From positions 36,394,001 to 36,458,000 of the forward strand of contig NC_135819.1 in the NCBI RefSeq assembly GCF_964213995.1: a DNA stretch of 64,000 nucleotides, in the 5' to 3' direction. Positions 50,138-61,869 of this stretch are shown piece after piece. Under the pieces are notes generated by a model. That model was not told the origin of the DNA and searched no databases. It was given only the letters and a program-made list of their open reading frames with translations. Every line of letters begins with the position of its first letter. Positions within the stretch are counted from its first letter, which is position 1. A program made the translations under genes and the position numbers. The DNA comes from Mustelus asterias (lineage: Eukaryota).

Positions 50138-50887
50138 AGAAAGGGCAAGCATGGACGTCCTGGAACCAGAGGTGCTCGACCCTGACCAAATAAGGACATT
50201 GTTTTGTGTATTTGCCAGTATCAGCCAGGCCCATCAGTAACTCAGTTATCGTATATGGAAAAGGCCACATGGCACTTCATGCACCTGAGGATGGACAGCT
50301 ATGGTTCTCCTAGCTTCTTCCATATATGGAATCAGCAATCCCATTGGGTGCTTCAACTCCCACCTCGTATCCTCATCGGCTGGAAGCAAGAGAACCTTCC
50401 AGAAGGGAGCGAAGAGGAGGGATAAGAGGAGACACCTGAAGGCCACCCCCAGCGAAGATTCAACCACCGAGCAAAGACACAGCGATGACGGAAGAGGGCG
50501 TGCGAGACCAACCATCGCAAAGATGACCCTGAGTTCAGAGGCAGGATCATCAGAATTGGCAAAGCTCAGCAAAGACAGAGCAGCCGGACCAAGGGGTAAT
50601 ATCAGAGTCTCAGATAGACAGGGTAGTGTGTTAATAAGTTCGATTAAGAGTTGCTTTTTTAAAATAGCACTTTTATAATAAGGTTCTTTAATAAAATTGG
50701 GTTGAACAGTGAATTGACTCTTGTCCTTTGTTCGGTTCATGAGTAAGAGCACCTGGATAAACCGATTAAAGTGTCTAATGTTAGAGACAACACTGGGGTG
50801 AAACGCAAAATGTTAGAAAAAACCTCAGCAGGCCTGTGAAGAGACAAAAAGAGTTAACATTTCAAGCCTCTGTGACTCTTCTTCAGA

Positions 50888-51572
50888 ACTGAAGAGGCCG
50901 TAGAGACTATCTCCCTGCAGAGGCTGTAGGGCCCATCTCCCTGCAGAGGCTGTAGGGCCCATCTCCCTGCAGAGGCTGTAGGGCCCATCTCCCTGCAGAG
51001 GCTGTAGGGTATCTCCTTGAAGAGGCCATAGGTATATCACCCTGCAGAGGGGTAGGGCTATCTCCCCCTAAGAGGGATAGGACCATCTCCCTGAAGAGGG
51101 GTAGGACCATCTCCCTGAAGAGGGGTAGGACCATCTCCCTGAAGAGGGGTAGGACCATCTCCCTGAAGAGGGGTAGGACCATCTCCCTGAAGAGGGGTAG
51201 GACCATCTCCCTGAATAGGGGTAGGACAATATCTCTGAAGAGGGGTAGGACCATCTCCCTGAAGAGGGGTGGACCATCTCCCTGAAGAGGGGTAGGACCA
51301 TTTCCCTGAAGAGGGGTAGGACCATCTCCCTGAAGAGGGGGAGGACCATTTCCCTGAAGAGGGGTAGGACCATCTCCCTGAAGAGGGGTAGGACCATCTC
51401 CCTGAAGAGGGGTAGGGCTATCTCCCTACAGAGGGGTAGGGGCTATTGCCCCGCAGAGGGGTAGGACCATCTCCCTGAAGAGTGATAGGGCTATCTCCCT
51501 GCAGAGGGGTAGGACCATCTCCCTGCAGAGGGGTAGGTCCATCTCCCTGAAGAGGGGTAGGGCTATCTCCCT
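50888..51572. repeat. 24-bp minisatellite (ctgaagaggggtaggaccatctcc)n, about 28 units
   Basis: 8-aa periodic ORFs (MVLPLFRE); embedded between two Penelope-type arms. Confidence 0.95.
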
Positions 51573-52152
51573 TCAGCTCTGAGTCAAAAGATTAGCTCAG
51601 TTTCTCTCACGGCAAATGCTGCTGAGTCTCTCTGGCAATCTCTGCTTCTCCTTCAGATTTTCGGCAGCCACAGTATTTGGACCTAACCTGGGTGAATGAA
51701 CCTTCTGAAATACTTGCAGGTTTCAGTTCACTCAGAATACATTAAAAGTTTCATCTATTTCTCAATGCACCAGCGCTCTGTACCAAATAACACTTCCGTT
51801 TCCTACAACAACCATTGAGAGTCTGTGGGCAGTTTTACACTGTTGAATTACACCCACTTGGCTTGACACTATGCAAAGATATTTTGCTCAAGAACATTTC
51901 ATGACAGAGAAAACAGACTTCTGTCCCATCTGTTTTCGTAAGTCCCAAGGTGAAAAGACAGCATTATAACTCACTGTATCTCCTACACCCAGAACTAAGT
52001 GCATTCGTAATACGGTATAATAAAATGTGTGCAAGTATAAACTGCCGAAAGATAGTCTACAGCAACTATTAGATATAAATAAAGACAAGTACTTCCATAA
52101 CATTTTTATATAAGTGGGAGGAAAAATCCCAGGGAGATAAGTCGAGGTTTAC

Positions 52153-52344
52153 CTTGGAAGCAGTAGTCCCAGTGACTCTAAAGGGTCTGCTGAGAGGTTC
52201 CATCTCCGGAGAACTGCGTAAATCTCAGGCAGAGAACTCGAACCCCAGTTGGGTGCGCTGCCCAGTAAGAGAGGAAGGGAGCAGTTTGAGCTGTTGCAGA
52301 ATGAACGCTTTGTCCAGAGCAAGTTTTTTTCTTCTTTGTCAATT
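52153..52344 (-). CDS. pik3c2g: PI3K-C2gamma helical-domain exon: IDKEEKNLLWTKRSFCNSSNCSLPLLLGSAPNWGSSSLPEIYAVLRRWNLSADPLESLGLLLP(S)
   Basis: Acceptor ttttttgcag and donor gtaaac; 192 nt. The pattern NCSLPLxLGSAPxW...LRRW...PLExLGLL resembles PIK3C2G more than C2A or C2B, as recalled. Confidence 0.93.
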
Positions 52345-53000
52345 CTGCAAAAAAATAACCAACAGAACAGCCGTGAAAATATTGTATATAACCAGCTCAA
52401 AATCCTGCAGGTGTTGTCACAATGAATGATACCGGAATTCCAGAATTGGAACATATCCCCCTGAGTAAAAAAGTCAAAGTCAGACAATGACGCAACTCAA
52501 AACATTCTCTGACAATGTAGCTCAGCACTGATCTGGGGCCAGTCTACGCTGTACGAGTACTATCTTTTTTTTAAAGATTCCTGCACTTCAAATCCCCATC
52601 ATCCTCCATGCGAATTACCAAGACAATCTCAATTGATATCAAATTGCTAAAGCACTTGTGTGTCTGAGGTATTCCGCCCTCTGGACATCTGATCAAAATC
52701 TCTCGTCGAGCATTGTCTCTTAATAACTTGAGAAAGCGCGAGGATTGGATTCCAACCCTGATCAGTGAGATAAATTGTGTTCAGAAACACTGCACTGAAT
52801 AGGGCTTATCCAAACAGAGTCTGTTTCATTCATCTTAGAATGTAATGATATTGATTCAAAAACAGAAAACTTGTTCTGAAATTAAAATTCAAATCATTTC
52901 ATCTCTTCGCGGATTAATGTACAGGGCCAAGCAGATCGGGATCAATCTGTGCTCTGATCTCAGTCAGGTAGGCAAGGGTGGGATAACATTATGTTATATT

Positions 53001-54345
53001 GTCTTCTTCGGTGAGCACTCGCTAATGATTGCCCACCTATGAAACTCCGTGTCACTGGCCATGGGTTCTGTGGGTCCTTGCGTCTCTGATGAGCCCAATC
53101 CGAGAGTGGCATCTCCGACCGCACACTTGGCAGGTGTTTCCAGGAGGTGGGATCGGTCCTTGGATTCTAGATCACTGGTATTCCTTTTCTGGGCCTCCTC
53201 TTGCCGTCAGGTGAGCTTGAAGAATTGGATCCCTTCAACCTGGAGGTTGACCTACTCCATGTAGGTTGCATGTTACATTTCTTGAGGTAAGTCTTCAAAG
53301 TGTCTTTGAAGCACTTCCTTTGTCCTCCTCTTCTTTGGGAGCCTTCCTTGAGCTGGGAGAAGATGATTTGCTTTGGCAGTCGGGACTCTGGCATCCTAAG
53401 CACATCCGGCCCAGGGGAGTTGGTTTAAGATGATCATGGCCTCGATGCTGGTGCTTTCGGCTCCTTTAAGGAGGCTGATATTAGTACGCCTGCCCTCCCA
53501 GCTGATGCTGAGAATCCATCTCAGACAGCATTGATGATACCTCTCTAGGGCCTTGGGGTGACATCTGTATGTGGTCCAAGTTTCTGAGCCATATAGAAGC
53601 ATTTTTAAGTTTTATGTTTATTTATTAGTGTCACAAGTAGGTTTACATTAACACTGCAATGAAGTTACTGTGAAAATCCCCAAGTCGCCACACTCTGGCA
53701 CCTGTTCGGGTACACTGAGGGAGAATTTAGCATGGCCAATGCACCTAACCAGCACGTCTTTCAGACTGCGGGAGGAAACCGGAGCACCCGGAGGAAACTC
53801 ACACAGACACAGGGAGAACGTGCAGACTCTGTACAGACAGTGACCCAAGCCGGGAATCAAACCCGGGTCCTTGGCGCTGTGAGGCAGCAGTATGCAACAC
53901 TGTGCCACCATGCCACCCATTGGGAGGATGTCTGCCTTGTACCTGAGGATCTTGGTGTCAGCACGAATGTCCCAGTTGTCGAAAACTCTCATCCTTAGGC
54001 AACCGAAGACGGCGCTCACGGGATTGGATATGATGTTGGGTCTCTGCATTGAGGTCAGCCTTAGATGAGAGGTGCCTCCCGGGTCGGTGAAATGTTCCAC
54101 GTTAAGGATGGTTTCTCCACTGATCTTGATGGAGGGAGACAGTGGATCTCGCCCTGGGGCGGGTCGGTAAAATACTTGAATCTTCTTGAGATTGAGGCTG
54201 AGACGGATTCTTTGATATGTTTCTGTGAAGGTGTTAAGCATGGCTCGGAGATTCTCTTGACGATGTCATCCACATACTGAGTGACGTCAGTGTCACTTTC
54301 TTCTTGGATTTCAGCTGGTTGAGGCAGCTCACAATGAGTCTGTAT
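53001..54345 (-). mobile_element. 5'-truncated RTE LINE with a nested V-SINE-B (53603-53917)
   Basis: Motifs LLYGSETWT.Y, RMPESRLPKQI.FSQL.EG and RRGGQRKCFKDTLK; gaagaagac tail; about 47-bp flanking direct repeat. Confidence 0.9.
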
Positions 54346-54699
54346 TGTGCACACTGATCTCAGTCAGGCAGGCAAGGGTGGGATGACACTGCTATTATAT
54401 ATTATATTGTGATGCTATACAAAACAATACAAAACACCATGTTAAAAAAAGGAAAAAAAAGCAACACGACCTTCAGCAGTGCAAACGGAAACAAAACAAA
54501 ACTCCTGGATGGAGTTTCTACCCCATAAACCAGGGCACTGAGGCTAATTCAGTGGCCCAATTCTAGCTGCAACACATCAGCTAATTCAAGACAGGTCAGG
54601 GGTCTTGCTAATCTCATGTCTCATTTCCATAACAGCAGTGAATTGATCAGCAGATTAATGGAGGTCAGCTCCTTTATGGTAATTAATTCCATAAGGCTA

Positions 54700-55370
54700 A
54701 ACAAACTGGGAGCAGGCCATTCAGCCTCTCGAGCTTGTCCCACCATTGGATAAGACCATGGCCTCTGCTTTCCTTTTCACCCCCATCTCCTTTGACACCC
54801 TTGTCAAATTTATCCAATCCAGTCTTAAAAATATTCAATGGCCGAGACGCCACCGCTCCCTGGACAAGAGAACTACACAGACTAACAGTCCCCAGAGAAA
54901 ATTGAAATCCCCTAATCTCTGTCTTAAATGGGAGACGCTGTCTTTAAACTGTGTCTCCTAGTTCTACCCTCTCGCACAAGGGGAAGCATCCTTTCAGCAT
55001 CCCCCTGTCAAGTCCCATAGGATCTTATGTTTCACTAAGATCACCTCCCAGATGGATAAACTCCAATGGATACAGGCCCAGTCTGTCCAACCTTTCCTCC
55101 TTAGACAACCTGTTCATACCAGGAATCATTCGAGTGAACCTTTGAAGCTTCCAATGCAATGATATCATTTCTGAAATGTGAAGGCCAGAACTGTACACAA
55201 TTCTCCAAACGTGGTGCCACCAATACCCCGAACAATGGTAGCAAAACTTCCCTACTTAGATAACCATTCCCCTTGCACTAAACAAAATTCCATTTGCCTT
55301 TCTAACCACTTGATGTGATCCTGCATTCCAAACTTCTGTGATTTATGTACCAGGACATCCAGATCCTTCT
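54700..55370 (-). mobile_element. Old CR1 3' fragment
   Basis: LQKDLDVLVHKSQK motif and CR1 tail. Confidence 0.75.
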
Positions 55371-55374
55371 GTAA

Positions 55375-56213
55375 CGCAGCGATGAACGTGGAAGGGGTAA
55401 TGTGACCAAACGTCTCGCATATTTTGAACCTGGTGAAATGGTCAGGATCCGGACCACATGTGGCCAAAACAGATTGGTGCTGGTACACAGTCATGCTCCA
55501 CAGCCAAATAGCTATGTGGTCTCTTGGAGGGTGCTCAGTACATATGGAACCGGCATCACCTACTGCTGGTACCTGAACAACCACCATCAACCAATACTGC
55601 ACTCCAGTATCCAGCCTGCATCCAGGTCCTCCCACACGAATGGAAATGGACGCCCCTCTAGAGGCCAATGCAGCAAGCCCTGCAGCCTCATGGTACATCA
55701 CAAGGACACCTGATGCCAATCACATTGAAGACACAAAACCAAAGGCAACTCAAGTACAACCAACTGGTACAATCACACGCTCAGGGCACCCGAGCCAACC
55801 AAATCCAAAGTTCAAGAGAAAAGGACAATGAATAGACATTGTTTTAAAAGGGCAGGGAGACGTGTTGGACAAGGCGCCTGCTGCAGCAGCTCGATCAGTA
55901 TGTTGCTCTTTGTATATAGTTGGGCGCTGTTAGCCCTGTTTGACTTCATATGTGTAAATAGTTTCTACTTTGTAACTGTTCTCTTATATTGTTACACCTC
56001 AGTATACCAGTTGTCCCAATGTAAATGGGGCAAGCGTAGACCGGGTGGTCACGTGGATGCTGGGATGATGCAGGTACAAAAGGGGTGGCTTGTCAGGAGC
56101 ATGGGAATTCTCCCGGAATGCAGACAAGGACACACCATGTAAAGCTGCTCAATTACTGTCAATCAATATAGGCTATTGTTAGTCCATGGTCGCCAGTTAT
56201 TGGAACCTAATAC
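55375..56213 (+). mobile_element. Gypsy-like pol C-terminal remnant + polypurine tract + probable 3' LTR (about 55861-56213)
   Basis: Reads GEMVRIR...APQPNSYVV and TITRSGHPSQPNPKFK; PPT aaaagggcagggaga. Confidence 0.55.
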
Positions 56214-57129
56214 TTCTATAGAGCAGCCCTCCCTCACATCAATTGAGAAGGGAAATGGTATGAATGGGCATGGACAGTCAGATCCTGGATGCATTGGCTG
56301 GCCTGGCAGGCAGCCTTCTGACGCTATCAAGGAGCTCTAACTTGGACAGAGGTATGTTACGGAGGTTGTCCACTTGACAGCCCTGGCTCTATCTTGCTGC
56401 CATGTTGCAGAGCCAGAGGCATTGCGAATGCTGCCTCCATACATTGCAGGTTTGGTGTGCACAGCGCATCTACTCCTCTGCCATTCCTGCTCGGCTGTGG
56501 CTTCAGCCTCCAGCAAACGCAGACACTCAACAAAAGCACCTATAAAAACACTCAGAGTAAGGGACACGGCAATGGAAAACATCCTGAAAGTGTAACTTAT
56601 CGGTAATCAGAGTGCCTTGCTTCTTAAATACAATACTGTAGAACCCATCTTGCTGCATTCGTATCCTTGTGGAACACTGAAGAGGTCTCACAGGTGGGGA
56701 CTGGCATTGCAACCTGGGCCCTCTCATCAGAAGCCAGCAATGCCATTGAAGTGTCACTGGGAGTTATGGACACAAACGTGATGCTCATTCTTTCTTTCAA
56801 AACAGCTTACAGTGAGGTGCCAAATTGAATACCTTCTGAGAATCCATACAAACTATCTCCACTGTGTCCCCTACACCTGTAGAGTCAGCCACAGTTTCAA
56901 ATACAATTCTATTCATTTTGTCTGTGATAAATACACCCAGATGGTCGGAAATGACACAGACTAGCCCTTAGGTATTAAGCAATTTGAATAATGTATTGAA
57001 TCACAGAGCACAGAAGGAGGTACTTTGGGGCTTTGGTGCTACTGCCAGCTCTTCGAAGGAACGAGGGTGAGACATATGAAGATCAGTTTCCAAGGACATG
57101 GTTAACGAGATGCTTCTCTCATATACACA

Positions 57130-57410
57130 TGCACCAGTGTGCGCGCATACGCACACAGCACACACACACTTGTGCAGCACACACACACATGCGTGCAGCG
57201 CACACACACGTGTGCCGTGCACACACACGTGTGCAGCGCACACACACGCGTGCAGCGTGCACACACATGCGTGCAGCGCGCACACACATGCGTGCAGCGC
57301 GCACACACATGCGTGCAGCGCACACACACACACACATGCATGAAGTGCACACACACACACACGAGTGCAGCACACACACACACACACACATGTGCAGCAC
57401 ACACACACAA
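57130..57410. repeat. CA-rich compound minisatellite (gtgcagcgcacacaca)
   Basis: Direct inspection; abuts the exon donor at 57417. Confidence 0.95.
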
Positions 57411-57417
57411 TACTTAC

Positions 57418-57551
57418 AGAAGCAGGGAATGTTTCTGCTGTATGTAGGTAATCTGTCTTCTGGACACTTCATCTATATCAGTGAAACACGAGTAGTTGGC
57501 TGCAGAAGCAGGTCGTACAAACTTGACCAGGAGAGAGGCTGGGAAATCTAT
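57418..57551 (-). CDS. pik3c2g: PI3K class II gamma exon (C2 end to helical linker): IDFPASLLVKFVRPASAANYSCFTDIDEVSRRQITYIQQKHSLL(L)
   Basis: Acceptor ...aaatgcag and donor gtaagt; 134 nt, phase 0 to 2. The IDFP motif is typical of class II PI3K. Joins the next exon in frame (CT|A = Leu). Confidence 0.9.
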
Positions 57552-58484
57552 CTGCATTTGAAATGATACGAGTTATATTTTAATATTCGGGACACACGCT
57601 TTACCACAATGGCAAGAAATGGTGATGAAATTCATTGCCATTATATTGCTGCACTCAATAATAAGGAGCAACCAAACAAACATTTCATCCAGCTGAAATA
57701 CACATAACGGTCTATTTCCAAGTAATCCATTGCGTGGAGCACTTTAAGATGTTTTGCCATGATAATGTGTTGTAGAAATGCAAATTTTATTTATAATTCC
57801 CACAGATTACAGAAACGAAGAAATCAAAGAACAGGAAGATGGCCATTTGCCTCCTTCCCCAATCTGCATTTAGGATCTTATTGGGACTGAGTTTTCAGTT
57901 TCTTTTGCTTGCTCCTTATCCCCTAGACTTATCTCAATTTTCTGCCTGTCCTATGCTCTTAATTCTGCTTTTAAGTCGTTATGCGGGATCATTATGAATG
58001 CTGTAATCAGCTTCACATCATTCATTCCACACTCTGCCAACTCGGCATGTTGAAATATTCCCTCTAATCATCGCCAGTCTCAGGCTTTACATAAGATTGC
58101 AAACACTTGTCTTTGATTCGCCAATCAATGGGAACAATCTACCCATGTGTACATTGTCCATGTCTTTCATCATTTTGTACCCCGCTGCTAAATTCACTAT
58201 TAGCCTTCTCAGTTTGAAAGAATTTCAAAGAAGGGGCTGGAGGGCTGAATCTTGTGGAGGTGATTGGAGTCCCGGCCAAGTCACCTCTTTCAGGGAAGGC
58301 CCACCACATCTTTTCCCACTCAGGCACTTGACTGGCCAGTGTCAAGGCTTCCCGTGGATCAAGACCTGTCCGCTAAAAGCAGCCAACCAATCAGACGCCA
58401 TTGGAGGCGGATGTTGCCTGTATGACACCCACCCAAAGCTCAGAATCATCAAGGATCGTAGATGCGAATTCTGGGGGTAGTTGG

Positions 58485-58880
58485 TGATGGGGGGAGGGGT
58501 GCATGACGGGGGGAGGGGTGCATGATGGGGGGAGGGGTGCTTGACGGGGGGAGGGGTGCTTGACGGGGGAGGGGTGCTTGACGGGGGAGGGGTGCTTGAC
58601 AGGGGAGCGGTGCTTGACGGGGGAGGGGTGCATGGCGGGGGAGGGGCGCATGGCGGGGGAGGGGCGCATGGCGGGGGAGGGGCGCATGGCGGGGGAGGGG
58701 CGCATGGCGGGGGAGGGGCGCATGGCAGGGGAGGGGCGCATGGCAGGGGAGGGGCGCATGACGGGGAGGGGCGCATGACGGGGGAGGGGCGCATGACGGG
58801 GGAGGGGCGCATGACGGGGGAGGGGCGCATGACGGGGGAGGGGCGCATGACGGGGGAGGGGCGCATGACGGGGGAGGGGT
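58485..58880. repeat. 18-bp G-rich minisatellite (acgggggaggggcgcatg)n
   Basis: 6-aa periodic ORFs; lies inside a MITE-like element (about 58240-59578). Confidence 0.95.
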
Positions 58881-59094
58881 GGGGAGCATGGCGAAGGCAG
58901 GGGGTGACTCTCAGCAGCTCCCCCTTCCAATGCCAGGTCCCTCGATCTTGACACCGAGTGCCTCCGAATGAGGAACCCCACAGGTTGTTATGCTCCCCCA
59001 CCCCCTGCTGGTTAATACCAGCAGCAGCGAGACGAGGCCCTTCATTGAGCATTGATTGCCCACTTAAGGACCTCAGTTGATGGTGGCCCATCCC

Positions 59095-59365
59095 ATCATG
59101 AACTTACTGGGCTTGCTGTAAACAGGTCCAAGGGGGTTGTCCAACCTGACTGACTGTTCCTCTACTGTGGATATATTTGTGACTGGGTATCTCTGGAGAG
59201 GGAGCATGAGGTGTCCACGGGCACTATTGAGGCCTTCCGTGCTCGGTGGGCACCCCAGGGACTGGGGTGCCTTATTGATCCTTATAAGCACCTTTCAGTT
59301 CGATGTTTAATGTTTCATTTCTAATTTGTTTTTGTTTGTGCTGTCCCTCAGTTTGTTTAATTTAG
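59095..59365 (+). mobile_element. Tx1-clade LINE ORF2 C-terminal remnant
   Basis: Reads LAVNRS...VSLEREHEVSTGTIEAFRARWAPQGLGCLID, followed by a T-rich 3' UTR. Confidence 0.65.
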
Positions 59366-60749
59366 TTTAGCTGGTTAACAACAAAAGAGTTGGACTTAAT
59401 TGGGGTAAACACAGTAAGAAGTTTAACAACACCAGGTTAAAGTCCAACAGGTTTATTTGGTAGCAAAAGCCAAAAATTGGGGTGGCAGTGGAGAGATGAC
59501 GAGATCCCAACTGGCCTTCTGAGTAAATGCATCTCCCGCCACCAAACTCACCACAGGGGAGGGCCCAAGATTCCACCTGTAATCTTTCCTTGTACTGCAG
59601 ATGCTTCATTAAAAGTAAAGGTTTACACCTCCTCTTCCAGTGAAATATTAATGTAGCATTTGTTCCAATTTTATGGGACGTGGGCATCGTTGGGTGGGCC
59701 AGCATTTATTGCCCATCCCTAATTGCCCTCCATTCCAGAGGGCATTTTGAGAGTCAACCACATTGCTGAGGATCCGGAGTCAGATCAGGCAAGGATGGCA
59801 GATTTCCTTCCCTAAAGGGCGTTAGGAAACCAGATTAATTTTTACAACCATCAACAATGGTTCCAGGGTCATCTTTAATTCCATATTTTTACTGAATTCT
59901 AATTTCACCATCTGCCATGGTGGGATTCAAACCCGGGTCCCCAGGTAATTACTCTGGGTGTCTGGATTCTAGTCCAGTGACAATACCACTATGCCACTGC
60001 CTCCCATTCACCCCCTGCACTATCGCGATAAGCACTGAATGTGGCTCCATCTGGAACCACGTCCATAACAATCTCACACAGTAAAGATCTACATATTACG
60101 ACATTTAAAATTTGATCAGTGAAATATATGAAAAACCAAAAGAAAATGTCTATTTACTGAAAAGTTTTCTTCTGCTTACTATAGCTCTCCAAATGTTGGG
60201 CACATAGCCAAGAACTTGATTTGTTTTGCAAACAGGAATAAAGGACGGCGTCTTCAGATGAATAGAAAGTGAACTACAGAAACGTCCACGTTTTCTCCCA
60301 GCTGATTTCCTTCATTAAGGCTTGCGTTGGACATTTCATCTGTTCCCTAATTGATTGATTTTGGTCCCTGGCCACAAAACTGTTCAATCTTTCATCAGCC
60401 AAGGCACTAAAATAATATTTATTTTCTCTGTTAATTTTGACTGCAATTTGTGTGGGCACTGACTGATTCCCTGTTGGGCAATGGTTCTCATGACTGTAAC
60501 CTACCCTAGAGTTTTGTACCCAATTTCCCTATTTTCATGCTCAAGCCTTTACAGTAGGCGGACAATTATTATTATTCCCTTAGAGACAGATCACTTTAAA
60601 AAAGAGATTCAAACTTCCTGTTCATAGCTGAAAGCATTAGACAGCAAGATTTCACATTTTCACTCTTTTACTGTAACAAAGGACTCACCACACCATTGAC
60701 TAAATTCTATCTTTGTAGGCATTTATCCCTTAAACCTCAAAACAGGCTG

Positions 60750-61072
60750 TCATGGCACTGTTGCCTCACAGCGCTAGGGACCCGGGTTCAATTCTGGTCT
60801 CGGGTGACTATCTATGTAGAGTTTGCACATTCTCCCTGTTTCCTCTGAGTGCTCTAGTTTCCTCCCACAATCCAGAGTTGTGCAGGTTAGGTGGGTTGGC
60901 CATGCTGAATTGCCCCTTAGTGTCCAGAGATGCATAGGTTAGGTGGATGAGCTATGGTAAATGTGTGGATTATAGAAGGTGGCGGGAAAGGCCAAGGTGG
61001 GATCTCTTCCAGAGAGTCGAGGCAGACTCAATGCGCCAAATGGCCTTTGTTTGCACTGTAGGGATTCTATGA
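60750..61072 (+). mobile_element. Diverged HE1-type V-SINE
   Basis: B box, V core and ggattctatga tail. Confidence 0.8.
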
Positions 61073-61869
61073 ACATTCCCCTTTTCCATTTAGCACACCC
61101 AAAAACACAATTTAGAGATATACTTTATGCTGCACTTTAAGTAGACTTTCAATTCTCGCGGACCTAGTCCAAGATGATACCTAGCTCCTGAGGATTTAAT
61201 TGTGTTCTTTTTCTCTCTTAGCCTGGGAACTTTTAATCTCAGAACTGTCTTTTACTGTGTGGTTTCTTTTTTTACTCAGAGATTTTTACTGTCGCACAAG
61301 TTAGGTGAATCTTCCAGCCTTGTTTTAACTGCTCATGAATTTGGTCTTTTCAATCAGAGCATGTAGCACAGAAACATTTTAGGTGCTCTCTCTTTCCATC
61401 ATCCTGACAGGCTGACCTTATCTGCGAGTTCTCAGGATGTCTTAGACCCTTGTCCTCACAAAACCCATCTTCAAGGCTTTGTGAATCACATGGGCCATGT
61501 ATCAAGGTAGAAAACTCTTCTGAACTCCAGTGGGTACGAGCCTAGTCTGTCCAACTTTCCATCATAAGACAATCTGCCCATTCCAGATATTAGAACCCGC
61601 TACTAACACTTTTACATCCTTCCTTCAATAAGGATTCCAATATTTTACACAGTACTCCAGATGTGGTCTCACCAACGCCCTACACAATTGAAGCCTAATC
61701 TCTCTACTTGTCTATTCAATTGCCCTCACAATAAACAATAACATTCCATTAGCTTTTCCAGTTATTTTCTGTACCTGTTTACTAATCTTCTGGCATTTGT
61801 GCACCATAGCATCCAGATCTCTCTGCACCTGGCCATGGGGGTGGGAGGGGGGTAGTGAGGGGGGGGAGA

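Noticed and set aside
50150-50760. 168-aa and 125-aa overlapping ORFs (similar GC-richer patches at 10.3-10.95, 44.6-44.95 and 56.3-56.8 kb)
   Set aside because: No recognisable domain; probably decayed DNA-transposon interior, but the family could not be assigned by eye.
50907-51397. Periodic ORFs, or a CRISPR-like array
   Set aside because: Head-to-tail 24-bp units with no unique spacers, in a vertebrate intron.
60274-60459. Candidate upstream exon ORF
   Set aside because: No class II PI3K motif and no suitable phase-0 donor before the stop.
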